A stretch of DNA of 64,000 nt from the human T2T-CHM13v2.0 reference genome, Homo sapiens (GCF_009914755.1 NC_060928.1), one strand, 5' to 3'; shown: positions 1 to 22,209, counted from the stretch's first letter. The notes: a model not told the origin generated them from the letters alone. Program-made: numbers and translations.

Positions 1-140
1 GCCCAATTAATTTTTGTAGTTTTTGTAGAGATGAGTTTTTGCCGTGTTGGCCAGGCTGGTCTTGAAGTCCTGGGCTCAAGTGATCTGCCTGTTTCAGCCT
101 CCCAAAGTGCGGGGATTACAGGTGTGAGCCACCACACCCG
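1..140 (-). mobile_element. Alu left arm (AluJ-like), cut by window edge
   Basis: Antisense Alu motifs GCCTCCCAAAGTGC..GGATTACAGGTGTGAGCCACC. Confidence 0.9.
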
Positions 141-159
141 TCTCTTTTTTTCCCTTATA

Positions 160-620
160 CTCCAAAACCAATTTGTCTGAAAATTCTGTCAGTTTGGCCT
201 TCGAGATATACTCAGCAGCCTGCTGCTCTGCTGCCCCTTGCCTCCCCTAGACCACGGTCGCCTCTACCAGGGCTGCTGGAACAACCTCCTCATCAGTCTT
301 CCTGCTTCCACCTCTGCCTTTATGTTTATTGTCCGTAAAGCAGATAAAGAGATTCAGCCACATCCATCTCTCCTATGCCTAAAATCCTCCAATGGCTTCC
401 CGTCTTACAGTAAAATCCAAAGTCTTTATGTTGGCCTAAAAGGCCCCGTGTAATCTGGCTCTGAGCTCTGACTTCTCCTAGCACTCTCTTTTTGCTTACT
501 CCATTCCAGACACATGGGCCACCTTGCTCTTCCCTGGACACACCCGACACTGTCTAGCCACGGGCCTTTGCACTTACTCTTCCCTCTGCCTAAATGCTTG
601 TCCCTTGTCTCAGATTTCCA
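160..620 (+). mobile_element. L2 LINE remnant
   Basis: L2-type 3' region text (aaaatcctccaatggcttccc...gggcctttgcacttactcttccctctgcct); the matching L2 terminus appears at ~1600-1748. Confidence 0.7.
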
Positions 621-861
621 TTTCAGTTGCTCCTTTTATCGTGTAGCTAATCCTGCAATGCCTGTTTTATAATCTAGAATGCTGTTTGTTCCTCTGACCC
701 ATCAAAACCCTTCTCCAACATCATCGAAGTTAAAATGAAGATCATAACCTAGGAAACTCTAACTAAAGGAAGGTTTTCTGAACTTAACCTTTTCAGAGAA
801 TTTTAATACTGCTAGTCCAGCTAAAGTGATATTAATCCAAAGAAATCTTGACTTTGTGTAA

Positions 862-1690
<829 letters not shown>

Positions 1691-1792
1691 TAGAACAGTG
1701 CTGACACCCAATATGTTATGTCCTTAATAAATACATTTTGAATGGATGTCATGAAACTTTTGTTGATCCAATCCAGTGTCTTTGGTTTTTAA

Positions 1793-2532
<740 letters not shown>

Positions 2533-3857
2533 TCACTAGGCCTGTTTTCTTAGGATAAAGATGTCGAGTGGATTAAGTGCTTGTACCTATTACTAAGTAA
2601 TATTAAATAATTCTGGTAGGAAATCCACTTCTCAGGGCATCATGGGAGCACTTAGTTATTGTATTTTTTCCCCTAAATTTAAAAGTTGATGCATTTTGTC
2701 CAAGTGGGGAAAAACCCAAGAATGCTTTTGGTTCCAAAGCAAGAAGCAAAATTTGATGTTAAGTAGGGGAAATAAGAAATTAATTTTAATAATGCTTACT
2801 TCGTCAAGAAATAGTGCACAGCACAAACCTGTTATAGAAGCATTACATGTACAGTCAACCATCACAAAATACTAATTTCCTATTGAGCAGCTTGGTCTGA
2901 GTAAAGGAAGATGGGGCTCTCTGAAGTTTTACTTGAACTCTGCTCTGATCTCAGAAGCAAAATCCATCAGATTCTGTGATGGTCAAGTCACACACACAGG
3001 GCTTGCTGCTTGTCCATTGGGAAAGATGAAGAGTCGGCTTGTTACCCTTGCTCTCCTATGTCAAATTGTAGACAACCATCTTCTGTTATCCAGACACCAA
3101 AATTAATCAGGGAGGACCTTTTGCAGGGCTGTCTCGGTCAGTGTACAAAAGCTTCCTTTTCAGAGTGTTGTTCTGCACCTCAAGAAGCTGAAGACAAACA
3201 GTAAATGTGCAAGGTCACAGGTATATTAGAAGAAACGTTCAAAATGTGACATCCCAAGATGATACTTGTTGGCCACAGTTTTGTATGGTTCAAGGACAGG
3301 GAAGTGGAGCAACAGCAAATATTTGGCAAGAGTGCTGTCAGTTAGATACCCATGCTGGACATAGCTCATATTTTTCACGATACTCTTTACTTGCTGAACT
3401 TCAAAGACCTCCAAAGTTCTTCTCAATATAGATTTTAGGGAGCCACCATCAATTGATTGGCATTAACACTGAAGAGCAAACCCATTTGTTTTTTGCAGTT
3501 CTGATGGAACTTTCAACATTCTTCACAGGCAGGCACTCTGCTTTCTGATTGTCATTCTTTGTTGACAATTTTGCAAAAGATGAAAATCTGTCATTGTTAG
3601 TCAACTCATCACTGACTGGGTTAAACAGGATCCACAGAGAATTTGCCTTTTGCTTGCTGGATTCCAAATGTGGGTATTTTTCCCCTTCTAAGTATGTAGT
3701 GAAGAACCTTGAGATTTTCAGGCTGCATTGAGCTGAGAAAGCAGAGATCAGCACTTCTGGATTAGACCCCATGTTAAGCATGTAACACAGGCTCACCACC
3801 AACAGACTGCAACGGGAATGGTATGCATGGCTTACCTCTAGCCATTATTTTGCCCTT

Positions 3858-3902
3858 AAGAGTTGGGACTCAAAAAAAAAAAAAAAAAAAGAGTTGGGAC
3901 TC
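3858..3902 (+). mobile_element. Orphan poly(A) insertion with 14-bp TSD
   Basis: AAGAGTTGGGACTC-A(n)-AAGAGTTGGGACTC at a TT|AAGA site. Confidence 0.8.
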
Positions 3903-4190
3903 ATGCCTGTAATCCCAACACTTTAAGAGGCTGAGGTGGGAGGGTGGGAGGATTGCTTGAGGTCTTGAGTTCAAGACCAGCCTGGGCAACAGAGTGAGAC
4001 CCATCTCTACAAAAAAAAATTTAAAAATTAGCTGGGTGTGGTTGTGCATGCCTGTAGTCCCAGCTATTCAGAAGGCTGAGGCAGGAGATTCGCTTACACC
4101 CAGGAGTTCGAGGTTGCAACAAACCATGATTGTGTCATGCACTCCAGCCTGGGTGACAGAGCAAGACCCTATCTCAAAAAGAAAAAAAAA
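3900..4190 (+). mobile_element. AluJ, slightly 5'-truncated
   Basis: Alu dimer and A tail, followed by the degenerate TSD AAAAGTTAGGACTC. Confidence 0.95.
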
Positions 4191-5361
4191 AAGTTAGGAC
4201 TCTTAAGACTTAGTGGTAGTGTAGTTGAGACATTCTTAGTAGGCTGATGTCTTTTCTACTTCCTTCTAAAATGCCTCCCATTCTCTTTAACCTTTGTTGT
4301 ACTCAACAGTTTTGTCATTTTTTAACACTGTCTGATTGTGCCTCCATTGAAGCCATACTCTCTGCACTTGCTTTTTACATCTCTGACCCCTTTGTGTATC
4401 TGCATTAGTCCCTCTTCTTTCTCTGGCTCTTTAGCTGGGAGTGTCTTCTGTTGCCCAGCCCTGGCCTCCTGTTACTTTCCACACACTCTTCTGAAATCTC
4501 AAGCTTGGGTGGGAAAGCAAAGGTGTCATTTATTCACTCCCTAAAACTTCCACACTTAGTCAATAATTGGTCCTCAATAAATAGTTGTTGAGTCATTAAA
4601 GAACTTTTCCATTGTACAGATTCTCCCCATCCCATGTTATTTGGCTTGGTCCAGGAGAGGACCCATTGGAATTGCAGACTCAAAAGCCAAGTGGCAAGTG
4701 ATAGGCTAGTATGGGGTCTCTGGTAGAGGGAACAAGTCAGTCAGCTTGTGTGCCAGATTTCTTGCACAGAACCTTGTCCCAGAAGTCAGGGTGTCTAGCA
4801 CAGCACAGGTGAGGTGAAGTTAGGGCAGAACTTTCCCTACAGACTACACCACTTTTGAGCTAAAATTGAAAATGGAAAATTTCCGGTAACTGATCACTAA
4901 AATCTCTCTTGGTGTTTATTAGTTGCTCCTTGGAAGAGAGGAGTGGATTAGACATGTTTTATCCATAATAAAACAGAGTTCTGAAAGGTGGCAATTGAAA
5001 GGGTAGAAGTGGTCACAGAGGTGTTCTCTGCTGGTAAAATCTGCTGGCTGGATTAGGACGGGAGTGGTGTAGTCTTCTTTCTAGTTGTCTTTTTTCTTCC
5101 ATTTTCCTATCCCAAGAAGTCCAAAAAGCTGAAGCCATACAAGGGATTAAGGAGAGGGAGAGGAAAGTGGCCTATCCATACAAATCCAGAATTTGGAGAA
5201 CGAGACCTATTAGAGATCACGGGTATTGATATAGTAAGCTAAATTAGCATCTCTTCTGCCCACTCAGGGATAGATAGGATGAGTTTAACACCTTTATTTC
5301 AAAATTGCTATCAAATGTATCAAACATGCATGTGAGGACTCTCAATATAAAGAACTGACTT

Positions 5362-5620
5362 GGTGGATCACGAGGTCAGGAGTTCAAGATCAGCCTGGCC
5401 AACATGGTGAAACCCTGTCTCTACTAAAAATACAAAAATTAGCTGGGCATGGTGATGGGCACCTTTAATCTCAGCTACTCAGGAGGCTGAGGCAGGAGAA
5501 TCACTTGAACCCGGGAGAGGAGGTTGCAGTGAGCCGAGATTGTGCCACTGCACTCCAGCCTTGGCAACAGGGTGAGAATCCATCTAAAAAAATATAAACA
5601 AATAAAAAATAAAAAAAACA
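5362..5620 (+). mobile_element. AluS, 5'-truncated
   Basis: Alu body; TSD AAGA(A/G)CTGACTTG. Confidence 0.95.
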
Positions 5621-5989
5621 AAGAGCTGACTTGATGTGGAGCCGTACTTAGTAGTAGGGGACGGTGACTCTATCTTGGTCTTTAAACTTTGAGGAATGCT
5701 GTAATTCCTAAATGACTCCCAATTTTGTTTCCTTCCTAAATTTGGAATAATCAACTCACTGTCTTCATTCCATGACACAGGATAGTTCTGCTTCTTTGGA
5801 TTCTCAGCTCCCAAGGGATTTAAAATTCTCAGGATCCAATTTTGGGGTTAGTTACTACATGGTCTTTGTAGAAATATCAAGAGAGAGACTCATTGCTCAG
5901 GGATTATTTGATATTTCAATTTGATATATGTTTGCCCACTTGATAGGAAGGACTACCAGAAGAACAGGATATTTACCTGGTGCCAAAGT

Positions 5990-7085
<1,096 letters not shown>

Positions 7086-8211
7086 GAAAAGTTGATAAAG
7101 CAAAACCCAAAAAGTGCAGTCAGGTAGCTGTGGTAACACTTCAGAAAGATAGCCCTTTCTTTTCCCAGCCTAATCAAATCTTGCCACACATTTGTGAATT
7201 TGTTTTTGCGTGAGATCTTATTTATAGTGGACCATAGGAAGGGCTTAGTACTGCCCAGACACCAGTGATTCTGAGACCCTTATTGTGTAAACACATTCAT
7301 TCTATGGAGCCAAAGGAGCTCTCCTAATAGAGGCAGGAATAACAAGAACTAGTGTATGGCTCTGATTTGTGCGTAGCATGCTCTGTTGTTATATTTAAAG
7401 TACGACTGCTAAATTCATTATTTGGGAATTGTTACAAGATGTGGTTTCAAACCTTTAGAAAATAGTATGATATTATTACAAAGAATGCCTAAAACAACCT
7501 CCATTCTGCTTTCCAGCCTACTATGGCATATCTTTGTTTCAGCTTTCTGGCCTGGAAACCTCTTGGTTTGTGGAGACCCATGGAAGAGACTCAAAGTTGG
7601 CAGATACTTGAAACTGGCAGATGATCCCCTCAGCCAGGTCTAGGGCTTACCCTTTCAATTCAGGGTGTGGAATCTGCTTTTGGACACCTGGCATTTTCCT
7701 TAGCTGGGCCCAGAAAACTCATGCAGTGTGACTCTTTATGGGTTGCCCAGATGCTGACCCTAAGCCTATCCAGAAACCAGGAATGTTTTACTGTGGTAAA
7801 AGAATTCTGGTTAATAAGGAAACCTAGCTATTACTCAGCTGGAAAAAAGCCAGACGGCCCAATCCTGCTAAGAGTTAGCTGCATCACTCTCTGTGACACT
7901 TTTCTCTGAGTACATGGAATACATGCGTTAAGGAAACCCTTGCCTTGTGAAACTGCTATTTGTTTGCTTCAGACAAAAAAAACTTCGGTACTGCTTCCAA
8001 AGTCGGTACTGAAGGGCAGCAGGGAGAGGGGCTGCAGAGGAAAATGTCCTTTCAGAGCTTATTACCTCACAGGGGAGATGGACGCACACACATCTGCAGA
8101 GAAGCCATCAGGGACGCCCTCATCTTCAAATTGCCTGTGCCTTTAGTCCCACGCTCTGTCTTCCTTCCTGTCCACCCCTTTCTGAAGCCAACCATTTCCC
8201 TTGCGTCCTGA

Positions 8212-8630
<419 letters not shown>

Positions 8631-8672
8631 TAGCCACCGGGGTCTAATGACATCTCGTCTTTAAAAGTAACA

Positions 8673-8900
8673 GGCCGGGTGCGGCAGCTCACGCCTGCAA
8701 TCCCAACACGTTCCTGCAGTCTCAGCTACTCCGAGGCCGGGGCAGGGGGAGGGCTGTGGGGGTTGTGGGGGAAGAACGGCTTGAGCCCGGGAGTTCAAGA
8801 CTGCGATGAGCTATGATTGCGCCACTGCACTCCAGTCTGGGCAACGGAGTGAGATCCCGTCTCTAAAAAAACAAACAAAAAAAAGATAAAGAAAAAAATA
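8673..8900 (+). mobile_element. Internally deleted AluJ/FAM-like element with G-rich insertion
   Basis: GGCCGGGTGCGG start, AluJ-type GAGCTATGATTGCGCCACTG, A-rich tail. Confidence 0.85.
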
Positions 8901-9049
8901 AGTGTACACCTCACCCCCCAGATTCAGTCGTCTTCTTTCCCTTCCAGCCATGGTCGCATTCTCTGCTGCTCCTCCAGCAAAGTGACTGTCATCATCTAAC
9001 CGCCGAGCAGTTTCCATCCCCGCTCCTCCTCCGAGGCTGCTGTTGTCCA

Positions 9050-9425
9050 TGTTTCCAGGGACCTTGAAGTTGTTGGCTTCCATGGGAGCGTCTTTGTATT
9101 TCTCATGCTTGGCAGGATTCAGTCAGTTCCCCACTCTCCTCCTTCTTGAAACAATTTCTTCTCATATTGCCTGACAGCAGGCTCTTCTGGTTTCCTCTCC
9201 ACCTTAAGAGATGCTGCCTCTCACTCTCCTTTGTTCTTCCTTCTCCATTTGACTTCTAGATGTCAGGGGCCCCATCTGATGTCCGTCTACATACTCTCCT
9301 GGCTGACCTCATCCAATCCCATAGCTTTCGATACCTCCATATCCTGATGACTTCCAATCAGTGTCTCCAGCCCTGACATCTCCCTGGAATTCCAGATTTA
9401 TAGAACCAACCACCTACTTGATTAA
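9050..9425 (+). mobile_element. L2 remnant
   Basis: ctcctccttcttgaaacaatttcttc...tctccagccctgacatctcccctggaattccaga, typical L2 ORF2 region. Confidence 0.7.
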
Positions 9426-9446
9426 TCAACTGATAGATTTATTTAA

Positions 9447-11060
<1,614 letters not shown>

Positions 11061-11349
11061 GAAGAGGGAGGAGAAGGAGCTAGTATAGTAGGAGAGAAAT
11101 CAGTATGTCTACTCTGACAGAGATCCTGAGGGAAGCAGCAATTGGTACCTACAACTCCTGACTTCTCCACACGCCCCCTCTCAAATTCTGCTTCCCCCCC
11201 TATACTATCTCAATTCGGGATAGAACTGCATCTGTCCAGGAACAAAGACCAGAGAGACAGGAATTATTTTTAATTCTCTTTCCATCACTCTTGTCTATGT
11301 TCAATCCAATAGCAACTTCGGTCTCCTCTCCTTTCAAGACATGCTCTGA

Positions 11350-11826
<477 letters not shown>

Positions 11827-11858
11827 CAATATAAATATTTTTAATATACATATACATA

Positions 11859-12623
<765 letters not shown>

Positions 12624-12629
12624 CTTGTA

Positions 12630-12649
12630 TGTGTGTGTGTGTGTGTGTT

Positions 12650-12680
<31 letters not shown>
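12630..12680. repeat. (TG)n microsatellite, interrupted
   Basis: Direct reading. Confidence 0.95.
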
Positions 12681-13061
12681 TGAGGTAAACCCTCTGCTTC
12701 AAATCTTGCAATAGCATTTCACTGTCAGTGTCAGTACAATGAAGCTGAAACTCATTACCATGGTCCCTGTTACCTCTGACTTTTCCCTGTAACCCTCTCC
12801 CACTCACCCCCTAGGATTTGACCACAGTGTCTTGATTATGCAGGGATAACCAAAGGCGTCTATTTTAATAGTCCCAGCAAAGAAAGGGGGCATGACCTGG
12901 AGCAATGGGGGTACATAAATATCAGAGAAAGCTCAGAAAGAGACACAACAAATAGGTATTCCTGGCTTTCTACCTTATTCTTTATGAGTCTCGATTTTAA
13001 ATCACAGATAATGACGAATTATCTGAAAAGGCTTAAAGGAAAACCCGAGTCTGGGTTTGTT

Positions 13062-13444
13062 GTGTTGTGAAGAAAAAAGCTTTATTGGCTCGTGGTTCTG
13101 CAGGCTGTCAAGAAGCAGGCACCAGCATCTGCTTCTGGTGAGGGCCTCAGGAAGCTTCCACTCATGGCAGAGGGCAAAGAGGAGCGGCATCACGTGGCAA
13201 GAGAGGATGGAAGAGAGACAGCTAGAGAGAGTGGAGGGAGGTGCCAGGCTCTTTTTAATAATCAGCTCTTCTGGGGTCTAATAGAGGGAGAGCTCATTCA
13301 TTACCATGAGAACAGCACCAAGCCATCCATGAGGGATCCACTCCCATGACCCAAACATCTCCCACCAGGCCCCACCTCCGACACTGAAACCACACTTTAA
13401 CAGGAGACTTGGTGGGCCTAACAAACCATATCCAAACTATAGCA
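13062..13444 (-). mobile_element. MSTB-like MaLR solo LTR (partial)
   Basis: ggcctcaggaagcttccactcatggcag...catatccaaactatagca (TGCTAT start on the minus strand). Confidence 0.85.
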
Positions 13445-13485
13445 ACCAGGTTGTGACTGTTGTCTTTCAGAAATGAAGAATTGGG

Positions 13486-13807
<322 letters not shown>

Positions 13808-14111
13808 TTATTCTAAATGGTGGCAGTTGCTTATTGAAAACCACAAATTCTGAACAGCCATGTTGTGAGCTCTTCATTTGTTTGTAGACACAGAAATTTT
13901 AGAAAGAAAATGTAGATGTTGGATACAAAATATTGAAGGAAAGCAGCAATCAGGCCGCAATCTGCTTTTTCCCACCTGCCTGTAGATCTTCTCAGGTTAT
14001 TGCTATTTAGCTTTCATGAGAAATTACCTGGGCAATACTAGGTATTATTCAGTCAGTGTCCACACAGGCGTTTGTGATCACAAGGAAAAAATGGCAAAAA
14101 TGAATTTTGCT

Positions 14112-14230
14112 TTTGAGACAGGGTCTTGCTACGTTGCCCAGGCTGGCCTTGAACTCCTGTGCTCAAGCTGTCCTTCTGCCTCAGCCTTCTGAGTAGCTGG
14201 GAATATAGGCATGTGCCACCATGCCCGGCT
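14112..14230 (-). mobile_element. FAM/FLAM monomer
   Basis: Antisense single Alu monomer. Confidence 0.8.
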
Positions 14231-14441
14231 CAAAAATGCATCTTAAATAATTTTAAAAGATTGCCCTTTAGGGTTTGTCCAAAAGGATACACGAGAAACC
14301 AGAATCAATGCCTGCCTCTAGGGAAGGAAACAAAGGGACTGGAGGTCAAGAGTAGGAAGAGGATTTACTTTTACTGTATATCTTTTCATGTATTTTGAAT
14401 TTTATATTGTGCTTTTGTACTACCTACTTATAAAAAAAATT

Positions 14442-15280
<839 letters not shown>

Positions 15281-16850
15281 TTATGTGCGTGGCCCTGGGC
15301 ATAGCACTGGGAGCCTGGGACTGAGGGCAGTGATGCCTGACCTTGGAGCTATCCAGACCTGGGCAGGTCCTGCTGCTACCGTGCATTCTACTGCTCTCAG
15401 CTGTCAAACATGGGACCACACGGGGTGATCTCTGTGGCCCCCTGCAGCTCAGATACTCCATGAATGTCTTCGCCCATGCGTTTCACAAAGTGGAAAAGTA
15501 TCTTTTGACCTATGAGAGGAGCTGCTTCAATCGGTGTTGCTCATGAAATTTCATCTCAAAGCCTGGCTGAGGGCTTGATTTCAGAGCTGAGCCCACTGAG
15601 CCCCACCAGCTTTTCACACCTGCGAGGTTGGTGGATTTCTTGATCAGTTGAGACTCGCACGGCTGCCGCTTGCTTGTGATCTACACGCCTCCACTTGCCA
15701 ACCCACATGGGTTGAATCTGAATCTGAATATTAATTCCACCCTCGGGAGCCAACACATACGGAAAATATTAATGCTTCCTTCAAATGGAACTTTTTTCCC
15801 TTTAGAAACAGATTTTTAAAGGAGATTCTAGGTACTGTGCTACCAAAAGAAAAAAAGTCATATTTCCAAATGTGCATCGCGTCATTGTACTGTAAAGAAA
15901 AAAATAGTGTTTACTTCAGGGAAGAATGAAAACCAAGTCAAGCTTTTTCCGTCAACGCTACAATTGTTAGCTTTAACAAACAGAGCGTGCTATCTCCTTG
16001 AAACAAACCCAAGAACATCAGTGTCCATGGGACCCACGTGTTGTTTCATCCCTGCCGAGTCTGCTGGGCTGAAACACAAGCCTGGGTTCTTCACCTCTGA
16101 CCCTTACGAGCCTTCCAGTGCATTAATTTCAAGTGTGGAACCTGGGCCAACGCTGCTAAGGCCATATCTAGTTAAAAATGTAAACACAAAGTCTCTGAGA
16201 CCAGGAGGGCACGTTCTCATGGTAACCGCGGGCTGCCTTTCTTTTCTCTCTGAAGTCCTTAACTGCTTAACTGATGTGCAATGGACGTGAGGGAGTCTCC
16301 TTAAGGGAGGGTCTTTCCAGAGGCCTTTGAAGGCATTTACATTTAGAAATATTATGCCTATCAAACCATATCTAATATTTCTGTCTCTTGTTGCCCGAAG
16401 TCTAACAGTCTAACAAATGTAGTCCATATAGTTAGGCAATGCTGGTTCCTATGTTCCTTTCCCTTTTGCTGTGTGGGGCTGGTTTGTCCTGATCTAGACT
16501 CTTAGGTATGAAGGAAAAGAGTGAAGAGGATTTACTCTAGCACTGATGAGGCTAATTGGGATAAAGCTCAGAATACCTCAATTAAGGGGCTCTTCAAGAG
16601 GCCGGATTTGTTGCAGACAGCTTCAAGAATGTGGAATTCAGCCTTCTGCATTCCCCTTGCACAGCCCCCGAGCGCCAGAAGGAGAATCCACTGGCTCCTC
16701 AGGGAGGGTGGCCATGCAGAGAGCAGCTCAGGGCTGTGTTTGCTCCTGTCAAAGCCACAGACCTGGCTTGCTGGCTTATAAGGGATTGGGGGCAGCCAGA
16801 ACAAGGGTGTTTGAGAAAGGAATATTCAAGAGGAAAAATCTATTCATACA

Positions 16851-16905
16851 AAAACCCACACGTTGTGCACATGTACCCTAAAACTTAAAGTATAATAAAA
16901 AAAAA
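16851..16905 (+). mobile_element. L1PA extreme 3' end, ~55 bp
   Basis: CACGTTGTGCACATGTACCCTAAAACTTAAAGTATAATAAAAAAAAA matches the primate L1PA terminus. Confidence 0.9.
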
Positions 16906-17938
16906 TTTTTTTAAAGAATACAAACACTCAGAGTATGGCAGGTGCTTTCCTGTCGCCCTTGGCAAGAACCCGTTGGGGGCCATGAAGAGTTTGGGGTCCT
17001 GAATGACCCTCTCCCCCCACTGTTCTCCAATTCCTCTTCTTGTGAAAAACAAATTGATAAGTAAAACAGCAGCTCTTTCCAACCCAGGCGCCTCCATGCT
17101 CTGTGAAAGGGACTCCAGAAATATGAGTTTTGGGACGGCACTTTTCTGTTTCTTTTTACATGTCATCGTGGAAGTCCCTTTCACCTCCCAGGCTGAGGCA
17201 CAGGTCCATTTTCCCACAGATCTGATTCTTATGCTAGGGTAGGGAGCAAAGCCTTGTCTTGTGTATCGAAAGTTATCTTGCTGCTGTGCTGAATTCACTG
17301 ATGGTGTGCACAGCATGAGCTATCAATTATACACTAATTATATGACTGACTTCATTATCTCCCTTCTGAAAATATGCAGTCTGTCCCAAACAATTAGCAC
17401 TGAATTATTTCCCTATATTGTTTCCTAATTTTTCCATATGTTGGTTTTCACTCTTCAGCCAGACTACACACCTCCGGAAGGCAGAGACGGGGACTTGAAG
17501 TTCTTTGAACTCAAAACATGGCAATATTTATTGGTCCTAATACTGTCACTGGCAAGGTTGGTGTTTTAGGGAAGAGATGATAGTGTAAGTATCAACTAAT
17601 CTGAATTCTTTGGGTGAAGGCTGAGCAAAACTGAAATAGTTTTAAGAAGAAAAAAAACAAAACTGCAGGATGTTTAGTTAATTTGTTCATCATTCAAGTT
17701 CCCAGAGAACAGGGATCACGTCTGTCTCTTGCAGTGTTACATCCCCAGCACTCAGCCCACAGTTTCACAAGCAACAAACACTAACAATTATTTTTAATGA
17801 ATGAGTTAATGAATACATTTCTTGAGCTTCTGTTATGTCTAGGTCTTGCGCTAAGTGAAGATACAAAGATAGTCTTCTCTCTTCAGAAGCTTTCAGTCTG
17901 GGGAAGAAGAAGAAAGGCAGAATTGAAAACAATTGCTA

Positions 17939-18270
<332 letters not shown>

Positions 18271-18329
18271 AAAAATGCTGTCTGAATTCCATTCAAAGTG
18301 CTTTGGATTCAGAGGAGGAAGCTGCTGAC

Positions 18330-18900
18330 CATTTAGGGGAGTCAGAGAAACTTCATGTTTAAAAACACAGGCACAAAAACATTGGATGGATTTTGAAGGA
18401 AGACTAAGCATTTGCCAGCTGGAAAATGTGAAGACATTCTAGGCAGAGGGAACCGCTGGGGCCAGGTCAGACAGCTGTGAAAGGCTGCATTTTCTGGGAA
18501 CCCTACAGCTGTCCCGAAGGCTAACAAGGTGTTTTGAGGCAGGTGGATGAAATAAGACAAGTAAGTTGGGGCATGTTTGCAAGGGTTTTAGGATTGACAC
18601 TTGAGACAATGGGGAGCTGTGAAAGTTTTTAGCAGGGAATTGATGTGAATAGATTTGGATTTGGAGAAATCACTGTGGACAGCGTAGTGAGGAGACTGGA
18701 ATGGGAGAAACTGGAGTCGTCCACCTCAGGGTGATCGTGGCACCTTGGATTAGAGGCCGTGGGATGGGGGATGGAGGGAAGTGGACTAATTTGAGAGCTA
18801 TTCAGAAAGTAGAGTCATTGGAAGACCAAGTGGCTAGTCGGACGTGGGGAAGTGGGAGGTAGGAAGACAGGAGTCCAGAATAATTTCTAGTTTCTAGAGT
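18330..18900 (-). mobile_element. L2 remnant
   Basis: caatggggagctgtgaaagtttttagcaggg...agatttggatttggagaaatcactgtgg. Confidence 0.65.
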
Positions 18901-19050
18901 AAATTAATCAAGAACCCAGAATAAGCAGCAGGACTGGTGTGATGGGGAAAAGAAGTTTTCAGTTTTGACTGCAATGAAAACCTCTTTTGCAAAAGCAGCG
19001 TCCTCTCTGTTTGTGCTGACTTGGGATATGCTGTTCTCGTTCAGACTGCA

Positions 19051-19160
19051 GGGGAATTCCCCACTTTGTGGGGAGGGAAGAGAGATTTCCCTGATGAGGT
19101 CAGGCTAGGACATGAGTCGCATGGGGCAGCCATTTTGGAAGGAAGACATTTGTCCACGTG
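19051..19160. promoter_or_regulatory. Candidate NF-kB-containing enhancer core
   Basis: Perfect palindrome GGGGAATTCCCC 19051-19062, GAGATTTCCC 19082-19091, TGAGGTCA 19095-19102 and CACGTG 19155-19160 in unique DNA. Confidence 0.45.
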
Positions 19161-19789
19161 GAAGCTGTAATTCAAAATGTGGACTTCAGCAAGAGGAAAC
19201 ACCTAGCTCTCTCTTGAATCCGGGTTTCAAGAAGCACTCACCAGATAGCTGCACATCAGACTGCAGGTAGATTGCAGCCTGTAAGACTCAGAGGAGGACA
19301 TATTTTATAAGCCAAATAATGTAGTTATATTGTATCATGTGCTTTTTTTGTTTTTCTTAGTCTTGAGCAGAGAATTATAAAAATACTCTAGTCCTACTGT
19401 TAACTGTGCTATTATGTCTTCGAGAACATAAAATGAATAGTATAATTCTTCCTTCCTTCAAGCCAGTGAGAAATAATAACAATTAGGGGAGATCTCTGCA
19501 GCACATATGAATTTGGGACAAAGGCTCTCTTGTAGAGATTCTCCCCCCATCGCCAGCATTAAAAGATGAGGCTTTATTTTGTTAAGGTAGGCATTTATGT
19601 TCTTAAACAGATATGTTATTTGAGATGCCTCGGCTACATCATTCAGAATGTCTACTAGCAAATACCATCTCCTGCCTGCCCTCAACTAAAAAGAAATAAA
19701 ACATCTACATCATTTAACTTATCTTGCCCCAGTTCTAAATACTGACAAGCTTGTAGTAAATGGATTGTCAAATGGGTCTCCAGCCACCC

Positions 19790-21915
<2,126 letters not shown>

Positions 21916-22209
21916 ATTTTTTGCTGTAATTTTTAAATATAGCATTTGTCATGCAGGATATATGTTATGTCTGATATATGTATTGTTTGCTACCTCTCCC
22001 TCCCAACTAGAATCTAACTTTTTGAGTTCAGGAATTTTGTTTTGTTCACAGGTGTATCCTCAAAACTCAGAGCAGAGTCTGGCATATGGTAGGTGCTCAA
22101 TAAATATTTTGCTGAATGAATGGATAGTGGACTAATAGTCATGATTCCACCAGAGTTTCTGCACTGAGGTCTATTCTATTGCCGACCATATTGCTAGGTG
22201 GAGGAAAGC

